Positions 22,851 to 34,523 of a DNA stretch of 40,200 nt are shown piece after piece. This DNA comes from Perkinsus chesapeaki ATCC PRA-425 (lineage: Eukaryota; Protista; Perkinsozoa). Every line of letters begins with the position of its first letter. Position 1 is the stretch's first letter. Position numbers and translations under genes: made by a program. The stretch lies in assembly GCA_013115145.1 (NCBI GenBank), contig JAAPAO010000316.1, positions 1-40,200 on the forward strand, in the 5' to 3' direction. Below the pieces are notes generated by a model. The model saw only the letters and a program-made list of their open reading frames with translations. It had not been told where the DNA came from and made no database searches.

Positions 22851-25800
22851 TCACACGCGACGACGCTTTCTCGGTCGATTGACCTTACCCTTTGGCAACC
22901 TCGGCTCATGCGTTACACTAGTTATCTGATAAAGATTGCTAAGGGAACAATGGATGGGGTACCTTTAAACCGTTGGTAGTGAGACCTCGGACAAACGGGC
23001 CAATCTAAAAAGCAACGAAACTATTTTGGCAACGAGTGACAAATGAACGTCTTCGAATGACGTTATATTACAACATTAAATAGGAGTTATAGTTTTAGCA
23101 TGGTCTGAATATTAGTATTATCATAGCACATGAAAGACTATTATGGTCTAACGTATTCCTTGTGAGCCGCCTGCTGCTCCATAGGGCGCTTATGAGCAAC
23201 CATTATTTCCCCTGGGGAATATACTTATAGGTCGCAATGCTATAATAAGTATAGGGAATGCGGGCTAGGGGCGGGAACTGAATCCAATTCATTAAGTTCT
23301 GCTGAAGAGAACGAATTTAACTCCCATAAATTCAAATCCAGCAGATGATCTGCTGCAGATCCGAATGGCGGTAGTGCGTGCGGACACTTCCACGTTGTTG
23401 CCAGGCTGGCAATGCCAGCTTGGCTCGTCACCCCCCACTGAGGGCCCCCAGTTCAACTCAACCCTACAGATGAATGAAGCACCCTCCATGTAGTTACCTA
23501 CAACTATAAAGGATCTACTAACGACATATGGCTGAGAAATTGAAATCCTGGAATCTTTCTTCTCGTACATACCGTCGATTCTTCAGCAGATGTAAAGGAG
23601 TTCCGCTTGTTTCGTCCTTTTCCGGACAGACCTATCCGATAGAGTTCAGCGTAAGAACGGCAGCCTAATGATGCTCTGCAGCACACGCTTTGATGAACAA
23701 TGCTTCCATGATCTCAGTTACCGACGTCTAACACCTAGGCCTGTTACTCGACGAGCCCATTGGGATTAGCTGGTTCGGTACCGGCCTAGACGAACAAGGT
23801 CCGTCCGAGTTGAAGTTCGCGAGCTCACGGCGGAGGAGACTGTTTTCTGTCGTTGCTGTTTTCAGGTAAGGGGCCGTGTCGGAGGAGCAGGTTCTTTTAG
23901 ATTTGGCTTTGGCTTTAGCCTCACTTTTAGACTTGGGTCTCCTTGGACCTTGGTGACATTGAAAAGGGCTCTCCAAGAGCCGCTCTTCTGCGGGTGGCGC
24001 CGAGTTGCTGGAAGACGAACGGGACTCGGCGTCAGAATGATCTTCCTCGCCGTCTCTCTTGCTTGTCGGTAGCGGCTCGAACTATTTGCACTTCGTGCGT
24101 ACAATGCGCTTAATCTAGTGCGCGCATTGTGAAGATACCGAACTTCGGCTGACCGATTTGGATTCATGAGTAACGTAGAATCCACCCGGAAAGTAACGGG
24201 GGAAGAAATTCGGTCTAGTCAGCAAAAATTACCCCTTCCTATCGCACACTTCTAGTTCACACGTACTGTGGGCAACAGTCTGTGATAAGGAGCCTCCGAT
24301 AAGTCCATCCTGACTTAGCGTTCATTATCAAGCAGTCCTTAATAAGCAGAAAGGAACAATGCAGGAACTTACAGCAACCATATAAGCAGGAATTGTGATC
24401 AAACCTTACCCTTTTACAGGGTTCTCAATTTCAGCACACTCTCAACACAGCCATGATGAAGATAGAACTTTGCTACAAGCGTGGAAGAAACACATTTTGA
24501 AACTTTTTGTACTCACCCTCATCAAATAGCGAAAGCGGAGATCAGCACACGTAACTCCTAGCCGCCGCATCTTCTTCGCCACACTTTGGCCAATCCTGTA
24601 ACAAAACTAGGTGATCAATAAGCTCTGTTCTTGAACATTATTTCATGAAGTGAAACATGGCGGACCTCTCAGCTGTCTTGTTCCCCTTTCTTTTGCATTT
24701 TCTTATACCAACTCTTCCAGCATTTGTCAAAGATACTGTTCGTCTATTCCATGACTTGTTTATAACCGTAGCCTGCCAAAATGCCAATAATTAATATATT
24801 AGTTCAGAAAAGTTTCTTATTCATTTATCTATAGTTCTATTCTGATATTCAATAAGCTATTTCATTTTCAACAGCTCATTCTATTTCCACATTCACTGAT
24901 ACATATTATATTCTATATTATATAGCGAGTGTAATGTTGGGATAAAAATCCACATGTTATCCAATTCGTGTGGTCGTGATTCAGAGATGAATCTTTGCCA
25001 CGTTTCACTGTCACAAGAAACTTCAACAGATTTTAATCACGTATGTTTAATATATAAATACCGTCAATACAAGTCAATATGATGGCCAATAAATGAAGTT
25101 CAAGTGAGCAGGCCTAGCTGAGATCGTTGAGCTAAGGCTAAAACCACCAACGTGTACTTATGGACACAACGAAACTAAGGTACTAAGCGTAATCATAGCA
25201 AAGGGGTCACATGGTGGATGGCTCACCTGACAATTATTCTTGGTACCATAAACCACGATTTCAAATACATGGTCTGGTTCGAATATGCGACCATTCTGAT
25301 TCCTGATAAATAAGACTGGGAATAGCAATGCCTTCTGTAGGTTAATCAGCCAAGCTATTTTTCACGATGTTCGAAGGAGAGACGAGATGTAGGACTCTTG
25401 AGTGATAAACAAATACTCATAAAATTAGATTGCTTTTCGCTAAATAAGGAATTTTCCAAAATTGCGAGTTGTCATGTGCGTACGCCTGTGTGTATGGAAG
25501 TAATAAAGCAGATGGTCCCAGGAAGAACACATTTGATATTCTTTTCTGATTTAAGAACAAATTTCTTGAAGTTATATTCTCTGTATCACCGCGAGGCAGA
25601 ATCCAAGTGCCCCAATCAGGCACGCGTTCGATTCCCGAGTAACACATTTCTTCAACGCTATAAGGCTCAACCAGGTTAACCACGATTGCCTCACCTCTCA
25701 ATATGGTAAAACTCAGGTCGTCCTCCACCAAGCTTGAAGTTCATAAAATTACCCTAAAAAGGGCCACCAATTGAAGCCTTGTCGAGAGGGAAGATCAGCC

Positions 25801-26046
25801 TCACGGGGAACTTTCTCCTCTCTTTTTTTGACATCGCATTCAACTTCAATTTATGTGCCTTCTCCCGAGCCTCCTTAATGGATTGCAACGCCTCCTCGGC
25901 GCTCTTGCTCATAGCACGGCTGTCGGCGAAATGCCTCACACCAATCACAGGCCTGGAAATCCATGTGACAGAGTTGCACTGCGAGAAGCATACCTTATAC
26001 TGGCCCTAAATAGGGCCGATATTCGACCAAAGGCCGAGAGAGCCAT
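22851..26046 (-). CDS. uS11m: Mitochondrial ribosomal protein uS11m with presequence and N-terminal extension, multi-exon
   Basis: Presequence MALSAFGRISALFRASIRPVIGVRHFA; S11 core GTKNNCQ|ATVINKSWNRRTVSLTNAGRVGIRKCKRKGNKTAER|IGQSVAKKMRRLGVTCADLRFRYLMR|IGPFVRGLTTNGLK|ITSVTHEPRLPKGKVNRPRKRRRV*; the core joins are in phase and the C-terminal P-R-K-R-R-R-V is typical of S11. Confidence 0.8.
23240..24185 (-). pseudogene. Decayed ORF-like insertion inside the 1.5-kb uS11m intron (23005-24516)
   Basis: Overlapping 60-110 aa frames broken by stops and frameshifts; no recognisable domain. Confidence 0.3.
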
Positions 26047-26160
26047 AGAGAAATAAATACAAAAATTGGAAACTAAGCCATGGATTTCGCATAGTATTCG
26101 ACAAAAGAAAGTCTCATTAAGAAACTCGATCAATATTGACATGTTACTTTACCGACCATG

Positions 26161-26700
26161 GGCATTCCCTATAAAAATAAACGGTCACCAAAGAGCAACT
26201 CGCTGGGCGTCAAAGCAGCCGTCACACCAGCCATCATTTCGTACACCGAAACTCTTGTACTCTCAGTGTGCAACAGTGCAACAGGTGGTCGCTGCCCCCG
26301 TCAAAGCAAAAGCATGCCTCGCCTTCGTGACAGATATCGAGTGCCAACGACCGCGTCGGTCCACCAAGCAGATCTTCAACGTAGAGGCACGCTAGGGTTG
26401 TGTAGCACTTGCAAAAGCACCCCAGCACTGCTGGGGCAGCAGTTCACAATGGAGCTGCCACAAATTCTCAAGGCAGTTCATCTCCAGCGCTAGAGGATGG
26501 CCGGAGTTCTCATGTCCTCGACACAACAAAGGAACCCTGAAGCCGTCCCACGCACCGTAACGCCAAGACGGTCGGATGAGATGGAAACTTCACGAAGAGT
26601 GCCACCATGGTAGGCATAAAAATGAGAGCACTAGTCCAGCTTGGGGAGGCCGAGACTGAGGCGAGCCAGATTGTACCTGGAGCCAGCTAACATCTTCAGC
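26161..26700 (-). CDS. Possible small multi-exon hypothetical gene
   Basis: Exon-like open segments (HFYAYHGGTLREVSISSDRLG; LYVEDLLGGPTRSLALDICHEGEACF) between FolD and uS11m; model not resolved. Confidence 0.25.
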
Positions 26701-27028
26701 TGCTTCGGCTAGCTGGCACTAGATTAGGTATCGCCGGTGACGTTGCATTCTGCGACTACTAAGCTGCGGCGCTGAGTTACTATTCACACTTTACGTTCTA
26801 TTTCAAGTCTTATAATGGGAGATAAGAAATGGATTATTTTAAAATTTCAAGACATTAGGAATGATAAAGGCCCCATCGCATGAGAAGCGACAGCTGCCAC
26901 TATATGAAAACGGCCTTCGTACGTTATAAGGTGACAATAGAGGGTCATAGAGGAAGCTGGGTTTCATCATCAAAAGAATATTAGACTTTTCCAACATAGT
27001 AACAAATTTGATATCCAACTTTTTTCTA

Positions 27029-28729
27029 TCATACTCTACAATAGGATATACTTCTGTGTGACACAATACACTATAATACAAACTCACGTATTCTTCAGTA
27101 GCATGGCGATGGTCATCGGCCCGACTCCACCAGGGACCTATCAAAATGCCACACTCAGAACAAATCAGGTATCTTTCCTACCGGTGTTATATAAGAACAA
27201 TGCTCCTTCACCTCATCATAGTCCACATCACCAACTAAGCGATAACTGACAAAAAATAATGAATCACAGCGGAGCGAAGCATGAAAACTCACCCCGATTT
27301 CTTCGTAGAATCTTCGACGCTGTTAATGCCAACATCAATCACAACAGCCCCTTCCTTCACCCAGTCGCCTTTGATAAACTTAGCCCGACCTGATAGAAAA
27401 ACGACATGTGCCGGGATCGAACCCTCGATCTACCACCCTACCGATCGCCGCCACCACAATATCAGCTCTCCTCACCACTTCTGGAAGGTCCTTAGTCTTC
27501 GAGTGGCACACAGTAACCGTAGCGTTCTCATGGATCAACAGGAGTGCCACAGGCATGCCCTAAACCACAGCTTCGCTCCGCTAAAATCCTGACCAGCATA
27601 CCACAATATTGCTCCTTCCGACCACCACAGCATTCTTGCCAGCCATCTCTATCTTATATCGCCTCAGCAGCTCTATCACTCCATACCTAACAGAGCCGTG
27701 TGGCGATGAGGTCGGCGTGGTAAGGGTACGGCGTGCAGGAGATGGCCTTCGGTTCCACTCCCTTCAAAGCCAATGCACCAATGTTGGCAGGGTCAAAACC
27801 GTCAACGTCTTTTTCAACTGAGGAATAACAGAAATTTTTAAAGCACCGAACAGCCGGTCTACTCATTATTCTGCCAAGGACCTTCTGTTCGCTGATATGT
27901 GGCGGGAGTGGCAATTGTACCAGTATACCGTGGACCTCAGGATCAGCGTTGAACCGGGACACGGCGGCCAAAACTTCCTCCTGAGCATACAGAAGCACTA
28001 CAGTGAGTTCGCGTTTGTTAGGCGGCAAGTTGATTGAAATTGAACAAACCACGTTGAAATGATTAACATAAGAACCTATCACTATTACACTGTCTAATTA
28101 AAACAGAGAAATCATATATTATAGTATGTCTCAGAGCTCATATTGAATGACCGAGTAGAGGGAATCCAGCAAAGAAGAAAGGACACATCCATCAGCCACA
28201 CCTCAGAGCAAGTGTCCGGCAAAAGCTTTTCTCGGCTGATGAAGCCAACCTCTGCAGCTGCCTTCTTCTTCATTCTCACATAGGTGGCGGAATCAGGCCT
28301 TTCACCGACCAAGATGACGGCGATGCCGGGAGTGACACCATGGCTGGCCTGAAATAGATTACAAAGTGCTCGAAACAAACATCGTGAATGATATAGATAT
28401 ATATTGTATGTCACATACGGACCTTTGATAACCAAAGATCGCCACGATATCATTTTTGAAGTTGAGGCAGAATACGTTCAAGAATGAACCCTTCTGCCAT
28501 TAGCAAAACAAAGAAGGATGAAGCTGTTGTATGCCCACGTGTGACGAGACGAAGATTATGGGATTGGGGAACCTATTATAAACTTCCCAGTGACGACTCC
28601 AGAGGCACGTATTTCGAGATGCCACATGTAGCGACGGACCGAACTCACCTGCATCTCCTCTCCAAGCTGCTTCAACTCCGCTCTCACCTCCTCGGCAACT
28701 TTCTTGCCATCGATGATTTGATAAGTCAT
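27029..28729 (-). CDS. folD: Bifunctional methylenetetrahydrofolate dehydrogenase/cyclohydrolase, multi-exon
   Basis: [84 protein letters not shown]|[33 protein letters not shown]|[17 protein letters not shown]. The stop position is approximate. Confidence 0.95.
27402..27423 (-). repeat. Extended B-box / tRNA-3'-end-like motif K
   Basis: GG TTCGATC CCGGC ACATGTC G then TTTTT; FolD intron 27390-27441, sense. Confidence 0.8.
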
Positions 28730-28750
28730 AAAAATTGCCGGTGGAAAAAA

Positions 28751-28772
28751 AACCTTCACCAGGGATCGAACC
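28751..28772 (-). repeat. Extended B-box / tRNA-3'-end-like motif L
   Basis: GG TTCGATC CCTGG TGAAGGT followed by a T-run; ends ~21 nt upstream of the FolD ATG. Confidence 0.8.
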
Positions 28773-28829
28773 CGCGTGATCAGCACAACAGATTCTGGCT
28801 ACGTAATTCTAAGAAGCTATTTGGGAGGA

Positions 28830-29350
28830 GATGCCGAGCTGTCTCATACGCTTCAGCAACCGCAGGGCATCGACGTCACTGAAATCGAAAACGGAATAAG
28901 AGAGATCACGAGCGGGACAGTGAACACAAACAAGAATTGTGAATCCAAACGAACGACTGGAGATTGTCTATACTGCCTTCCCAAGGATGGAAAAATAAGA
29001 AAGACGAAGTCGGGTGGGGCACTGCGGCGATGACGCAGTTCAATGTGATGGTGTGGGCGCTACTCACTTAGCTAGATCACTACGGCTCTCAATAATAGGA
29101 CAGTACAAACCGACTGATCGACGGATCTCATCGGTCACAATCGGTGCCAACCTGAAATTCGGCATTTCATTCGCCAGCTGTGTCCATCCACCTACCCGCG
29201 TCGTTTAGCCTCTCCCAAGGATACTTTCATCGACTTCGCCGACGCTTCGCTTTCCAGTATTCCCATCAGGGCCGCTGAGATCGCCAGAGACTCGCTGGTG
29301 AATATGGCATCCTTGCGAAGTAGGAGATGCTTCGCACCTGACAATTACAA
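28830..29350 (-). CDS. Possible multi-exon hypothetical gene
   Basis: In-phase GT-AG join AKHLLLRKDAIF...GEAKRRG|LAPIVTDEIRRSVGLYCP; no family recognised. Confidence 0.25.
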
Positions 29351-29550
29351 CTACCATTCGAGTTCCATGATCGAGCTCATTGTGGAACCTCAAACGTTCC
29401 TAGAAGGAACGCTTTCGGTTCAGAACCTTCTCTGCCGAAATTTTCATTGCATCTCCGAATAATGAGCATTATTCGATCCCCGGGCAATACATTCCCGACA
29501 AGTGTCTGCATCTCGCCCAACTACTTGCTATAACGAATAATTCGCAAGTC

Positions 29551-30793
29551 TCAATGCACATTTTCTTGCACGCGTGTGATACCGTTAACGCTAACCCTAT
29601 CGACAAGTTGGCCCGTGGTCTCACCTCCAACCGCCAACAACTGCAACCGAACCGATGCCTCGTTAACGATCAGCTTCAACTGCTCAACATACTCATCAAC
29701 TCCAGGTACCATAGACAGGTCACCGCGGCACAGACCGTAATGGGCCATCCAAACCTAACAGGGACAGGTGTGCTACCAGCTTGCTGGGCCCAGCGGGATG
29801 CCTACCTCCAGAGAGTTTACTCTTCGAGATTCCAACCACACTTTTGGAACCGATATCATCTCGGTTGAGGTGCACACAGTATCGCATAGCTTTCGAGGGA
29901 TCTGCTGCAGTAGTATCGCATGAACCTGTCACGACAAAAACATATTCATGAAAAGCTTCGCTCCGCCGTCGATAAGTTGCTCACCTCAATTGCACTTTGA
30001 ATGAGAGCCGTACGAATGGCCAGCTGTGGGCCCCACAACATGCCGAGTAGGCCTGTGAGGAGGGAGGTGCCCAATATCAACTAAATGAAGTAATATTCGG
30101 TAGAATTGAAAATCTGGCAGGCCTCACCAATGCGTGCGGTCTCACGGCCCTCCACGGCGAGTACAAAGGATATGCACAGAGCGACCAAGACAGCTCCAAC
30201 TCCTCTGGTCGAAGCCATAGTGTTTTCAACTACCGTAAAGGGTAGATGCTCATTATACTGTACAAGCTTACCTGTGACGCTAGAGCTACTAACCAGCACC
30301 CCCAGGTGACCTGGTCAAAGTCACCAGAAGCCACCAGATAGGCATAGAGAGGGACACAAAGGGCGTAGAAGGTAGTGGGAATACCACGAGTAGTTGATGA
30401 GGACGATGCTGTCGTGCCTGAGATATACCACAACGTGGACATACTGAAGATGTGTTTCAACCAGGAACAAATATGTGGCGAAATAGAGATGTGACGAGAA
30501 AACTTGTATTCCATCTCCAGCTACCCGTAAAATCTTGAAAGTACTAGCGATGCCTATTGCCGACAGAGAGAGAGGATTCGTCCCCTCCGCTGCTTACCAT
30601 AGTAAACTCCGACTTGAGTAGACCTCAACAGAAGAAGCAACCAAACTCCAAAGGCGAGCGCGATACTTGCCCACAAAGTCTCCCCTCGTATAATGATAAC
30701 ACGGATGATGAAGTAGAAAGCAGCAGCCTTGAGACAGGTTGATAGCAGGGCTGCGTAAAAGACGTGCCGGATGGAATCAGCCGAAGTAGTCAT
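29551..30793 (-). CDS. Multi-pass membrane protein, possibly a transporter, multi-exon
   Basis: Several hydrophobic helices (VFYAALLSTCLKAAAFYFII, LWASIALAFGVWLLLLL, GVGAVLVALCISFVLAV, LILGTSLTGLLGMLW); weak resemblance of AILLQQIP and the C-terminus to cation-efflux proteins. Confidence 0.5.
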
Positions 30794-30916
30794 CTCAAAC
30801 AAAACAGTTCCACTAAAAACAAAAGGCTATTATACTTTTCAAAGCGCGACTGCCGGGCAGACAATAGCTCCAACGCAGATTCCACGTTCCAGTGAACTGA
30901 GTGGCATGAACCTAGC

Positions 30917-32509
30917 TTAAGCCTCAACGAATGTTGGCCATAAGTCGTCCACCGGAGCTGAACCAGCACCACGGCCCCCCTGGCTGGGAGACCACCTAAT
31001 GGACGCTCGGAATAAAGTACCTGCGTAGTGAACTAAATTCTTGTGGGAGCTGTAAATGCATCAGCCACCCGCTAGCTCGGATGGGTGCACGAACGATCAA
31101 CCACCTTTCTTTCGCCACGATGGTCTAGCGAGAATCCGTACTGTAAGAACAAAAGTCTTTTGAACCAGAAAGATTTGTATAGTGAGGGAGGCGAGTTGCG
31201 CGGAATCCATCTGTCTCCATCTTTACGGTAGTACCATCCTAGATAGATTAGATAGAATCTAGGTACCATCCAGGTTCTCTACGTTCAGCTGTAGATTACA
31301 GCCTGTAATAGCTCGCAGCTGCATATTGAAGCCCTCGGTGCATGATGAGCTGCACGTAACCGTCACAATAAATTTGATTCATTGTCGGTCAATGTAACCA
31401 TTAAACGAGATTATTCAGAAACAGGCTAAGTAAATTACTTGAATTACAACCGTTTACTTGAAAGTCATCGGTTGTGAAGATGCCCCGGCATCTGAATGTT
31501 TAAGAAGCCTCCTACGACTCGTAGAAGGCTTCTTGTAGGAGTCTGCAATTCCATCTTGTGGTACTCAATGATCTCAATTCACGGGCTCTCTCGCCCGGGT
31601 GGAACTCGGATTGGAAGGGTCACTCGTAGACTACGAGTGACCACCGCAGTAGTAACTCGACTGTGGTGATAGCAAACTCCTTGCCTGAGGCGAGTCACCT
31701 TCAACATGAAAACTTTACACCGTCAACAGTTCTCTACACCGAAGTCTAGTGGCTGAACTATCCTCAAAGGCGAATATTTATTAACGATCTCATAACTGAC
31801 AGTGTCAGTCTGACACCATTCTGGGCTGACCAAGTTGGTTAAAGTTCAACCGTTAACCGCTCAAAGATCTCATCAATAAAACACGGACGGCCATTTAAAC
31901 ATGGTTCTCGCATAACAGCGTACCTATTAATGATGCAAGTGAGTGGAGTAAACCTGACGGCGTGTCCCCGTCATGCACTGTTCGAGCAAGACCCACGCTT
32001 GAGCCCAGCTCAGAATGTACAGTGATACATGTACAGTGTACATTGACCACGGTTCTACTGGAAAAATTGGGGTTGACTCGGCAACAGCGGATTTGATTAT
32101 ATGTTTAATTTTCAGATCGTCGGATAGTTTTAATGCGGGCCGCAACTTGGTCCGGTAGTGCTGGACCGGTACGCCATAAGTTAAACTTATTAAGTTTCCA
32201 ATGGACCATTGGAAACTTACCAATTTACCAGGTAACTCTTATTTTATTAAAATAATTTTAACCTTTTCCATAGAAAGACTGGAAATCTGATCTCCTGGAA
32301 ACTTTCGAGGGGATTAGATTTTTAACTTTTCCATGTTTATTGTAGTTTACTGTTTAAACTGTTTACACTTCTTCGTTTCTTACCTAGCATCTCAAAACAG
32401 ATTACAATTTGAGCTTTGCCGACATTAAATGTCGGACATCTGAAGCAGCCATGGAAATGCGATTGGCAAACAAATCAGCGCGTATCAATTGCCAACTAAT
32501 GATTGCCAT
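30917..32509 (-). CDS. Hypothetical multi-exon gene
   Basis: Exon-like segments (HYRTKLRPALKLSDDLKIKHIIKS; YAVMREPCLNGRPCFIDEIFE; GWYYRKDGDRWIPRNSPPSLYKSFWFKRLLFLQYGF) with GT-AG boundaries; model and ends uncertain. Confidence 0.3.
31502..31534. repeat. 33-nt near-perfect palindrome, 1-nt centre
   Basis: aagaagcct-c-ctacga c tcgtag-a-aggcttctt; 15 of 16 pairs. Confidence 0.9.
31618..31642. repeat. Perfect 12-bp inverted repeat, 1-nt centre
   Basis: ggtcactcgtag a ctacgagtgacc. Confidence 0.95.
32176..32219. repeat. Two abutting perfect palindromes (7 bp and 14 bp arms), 1-nt centres
   Basis: ataagtt a aacttat followed directly by taagtttccaatgg a ccattggaaactta. Confidence 0.95.
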
Positions 32510-32662
32510 GTATCGCAGAGCTGCCAGGCTGGGCAACTTGTGCCCCGAAGACAAACTCAAGAGCTAGTCGAAAAGAAGCGAATTCAGCCTTACAGAACAG
32601 GTAATAAGTACTCCTTGAAAAAACATTTACACAAATTTTGTCACAAAGTCCAGTGCTCAATC

Positions 32663-34300
32663 TCAATCTTGACGTGCGCATTCCCAATAGTCCACCAGAT
32701 TTCGGAGACCTTTCACGGCGCCAGCATCACCAATAGTGCCTGATAGTGAATGACATTACCTTACTAAGATCTTTTCAAGCTCTAGTATCCTGAGCTTACC
32801 AGAGTAATCAACATGAGCAAAGTCAATGAGTTTCCCTCTCATTTCGGGTTTCTCTTCTGCAGCGTCGAAGGCCAGTAGGATCGAAGAACACACAACCTCA
32901 AAGGAACCATTCGACACTTCGAACCACTCTAGTATCTTCTTAGTTATCGCCGATGCCTGAGCGAAGGACATTGCAACAATTGCAACGCTCTCCTACCTCC
33001 CCGCCGAGGCTCTCGCGATCCATCCAGATATAACGGCGAAGTACCTGAAGAAACCACCTGGTAACACAGCGCTCACAAGAGCATATTTACTGTTATTATC
33101 TCCGAGGGTGTTCCAAGTTCTGCACACTCCTTCTTGCTAAGGCTCCATGCCCCACCAGACGGTCCTGTTGCAGCCCCGTTGGTACCTACCCAAACAGATC
33201 ACTAGGTACGATGTGAAATGAATTACATAACGCCGTGAGCCGTACTGCCAGTTCTCCCGCGCTGCTGTCTCTAACCTTGTCCAGTTTTTCTTGAAGCTGA
33301 ATTACCAGAATGACAAAGTCACCACTAACTTGATGCCTACTTTAGCGCCAGTGTAGCCGTTTTCCCAATATTTATCACCGAGCTTCACATCCATCACACA
33401 TGGCTCTTTCATGCCACGCGTGAGATCCTCAAGCCAAATTCTATACCTACCAACGAACAAAATGAATTTCTGTAGAGAACAAGACGAGGTCATTACGCTC
33501 CCTCCTTTTCGCCCATCGCTCGCTCCACTTTAGTGCAAACTGGAATAAGCGGTTTCAACTTCTCCAAAAGATTCTTCTGGTTCTCAGTGAGTGATGGTAG
33601 CTCCAGCGGAGGGTCAGTGTTCAGCGAGAATAGCAGGGAATAGAACTGAGAGTAGAAGTGCACGTACCTCAACCAAGCGATTGCTGACATTCCTCCTATC
33701 GAATGACATTCCTCCTATCGAATGACATTCCTCCTATCGAATCGTCTATGGATAGTATCTATCTGGCACGGTTAGACCGTGCCGGTTCTCAAAATCCTAT
33801 TGCGACACCGGAATGGAACCCAAAGGATAGTCAATAAAATGCATTCTTAAACTTTGAAAAAAACTGCCTTGTACTTCTACGTGAGCCTACCTGAGCTTCC
33901 TTCAGTTTCGTTTTTTTTATTATAAATGCATCATTCTCAGGATCCCTCATTACCCCTCCAGTATGGCCTCCACCGCTCACCACAACTTCTTCGAACGAGC
34001 CTAATCAAACTGACTATCCCATCAAAGCCATACTGAGTCTCACTTTGAGGGTCAGAGTCGCTGCCCTGCTCGGGTGTAGTAGCTGCCATATCTACAGCAC
34101 AAAAACAACTCAACCAGTGCACTAGTTTTAACCAACACAATATCGCTCGCCACTAACACAACGTATATACCAGCTGTCACATAGCATGACCAGAGACTTT
34201 ACATAATACCGAAGCTCTAGGCTCCTATCATCCTCTTACCAGGCGTTGACTGTGAGCCACCGTCCTTGAAGGACGAGCTTCGCCTGGGCTTATTCGGCAT
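32663..34300 (-). CDS. Inositol polyphosphate kinase (IPK/IPMK superfamily), multi-exon
   Basis: GGHTGGVM, KEAQ|FYSLL, WLEDLT, signature PCVMDVKLG (PxxxDxKxG), SSILL, KLIDFAHV, GLRNLV. The start is either 34300 (MPNK, via an in-phase intron) or 34089. Confidence 0.87.
33685..33741. repeat. 19-bp perfect tandem repeat x3
   Basis: tgacattcctcctatcgaa at 33685, 33704 and 33723, in IPK intron 33646-33890. Confidence 0.97.
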
Positions 34301-34523
34301 GTTGCGCCTACTGGGACTTTGCCGCTGTGCGCCCTGAAGTTGAGGGTTGGGTGAAGTTACCTCATTGGAATAGTGGAGGTTTAGTCGATACGACCAAAGA
34401 TCGGGAAAACTTTAAAAAATGTTACGGTTTGATGACCCGGGGTCATATTGAAGAGAAAGACAATATAACGAAATTATCTAGCGACTATGCTATATGTCTA
34501 CACGCCTTGAAAAGGATTCGATG

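Noticed and set aside
24517-24595. IGQSVAKKMRRLGVTCADL resembling the Y-family polymerase HhH motif
   Set aside because: Flanking exons splice in phase into a complete uS11 core, and no polymerase catalytic motifs were found.
24765-24773. ACCGTAGCC matching the 5' part of the Perkinsus/dinoflagellate spliced leader; also GGCTCAAG near 21160 and 35140
   Set aside because: Only 8-9 nt matches, antisense to or inside exons; not SL relics.
25417-25731. LSFTILRGEAIV resembling an Sm2 motif
   Set aside because: Arises from reading through introns of the uS11m gene in another frame; no Sm1 motif.
29470-29491. TTCGATC CCCGG GCAATAC A, an in-register partial copy of the B-box motif
   Set aside because: Lacks the GG at positions 52-53, so it was left out of the count; it may be a decayed member.
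31100-31160. LLFLQYGF resembling the SETD3/LSMT-type LLLxYGF motif
   Set aside because: No accompanying PxxDxxNH SET motif found; too short to assign.
11095-33741. Tandem repeats as CRISPR-like arrays
   Set aside because: Units abut without unique spacers; eukaryotic context and no cas genes.
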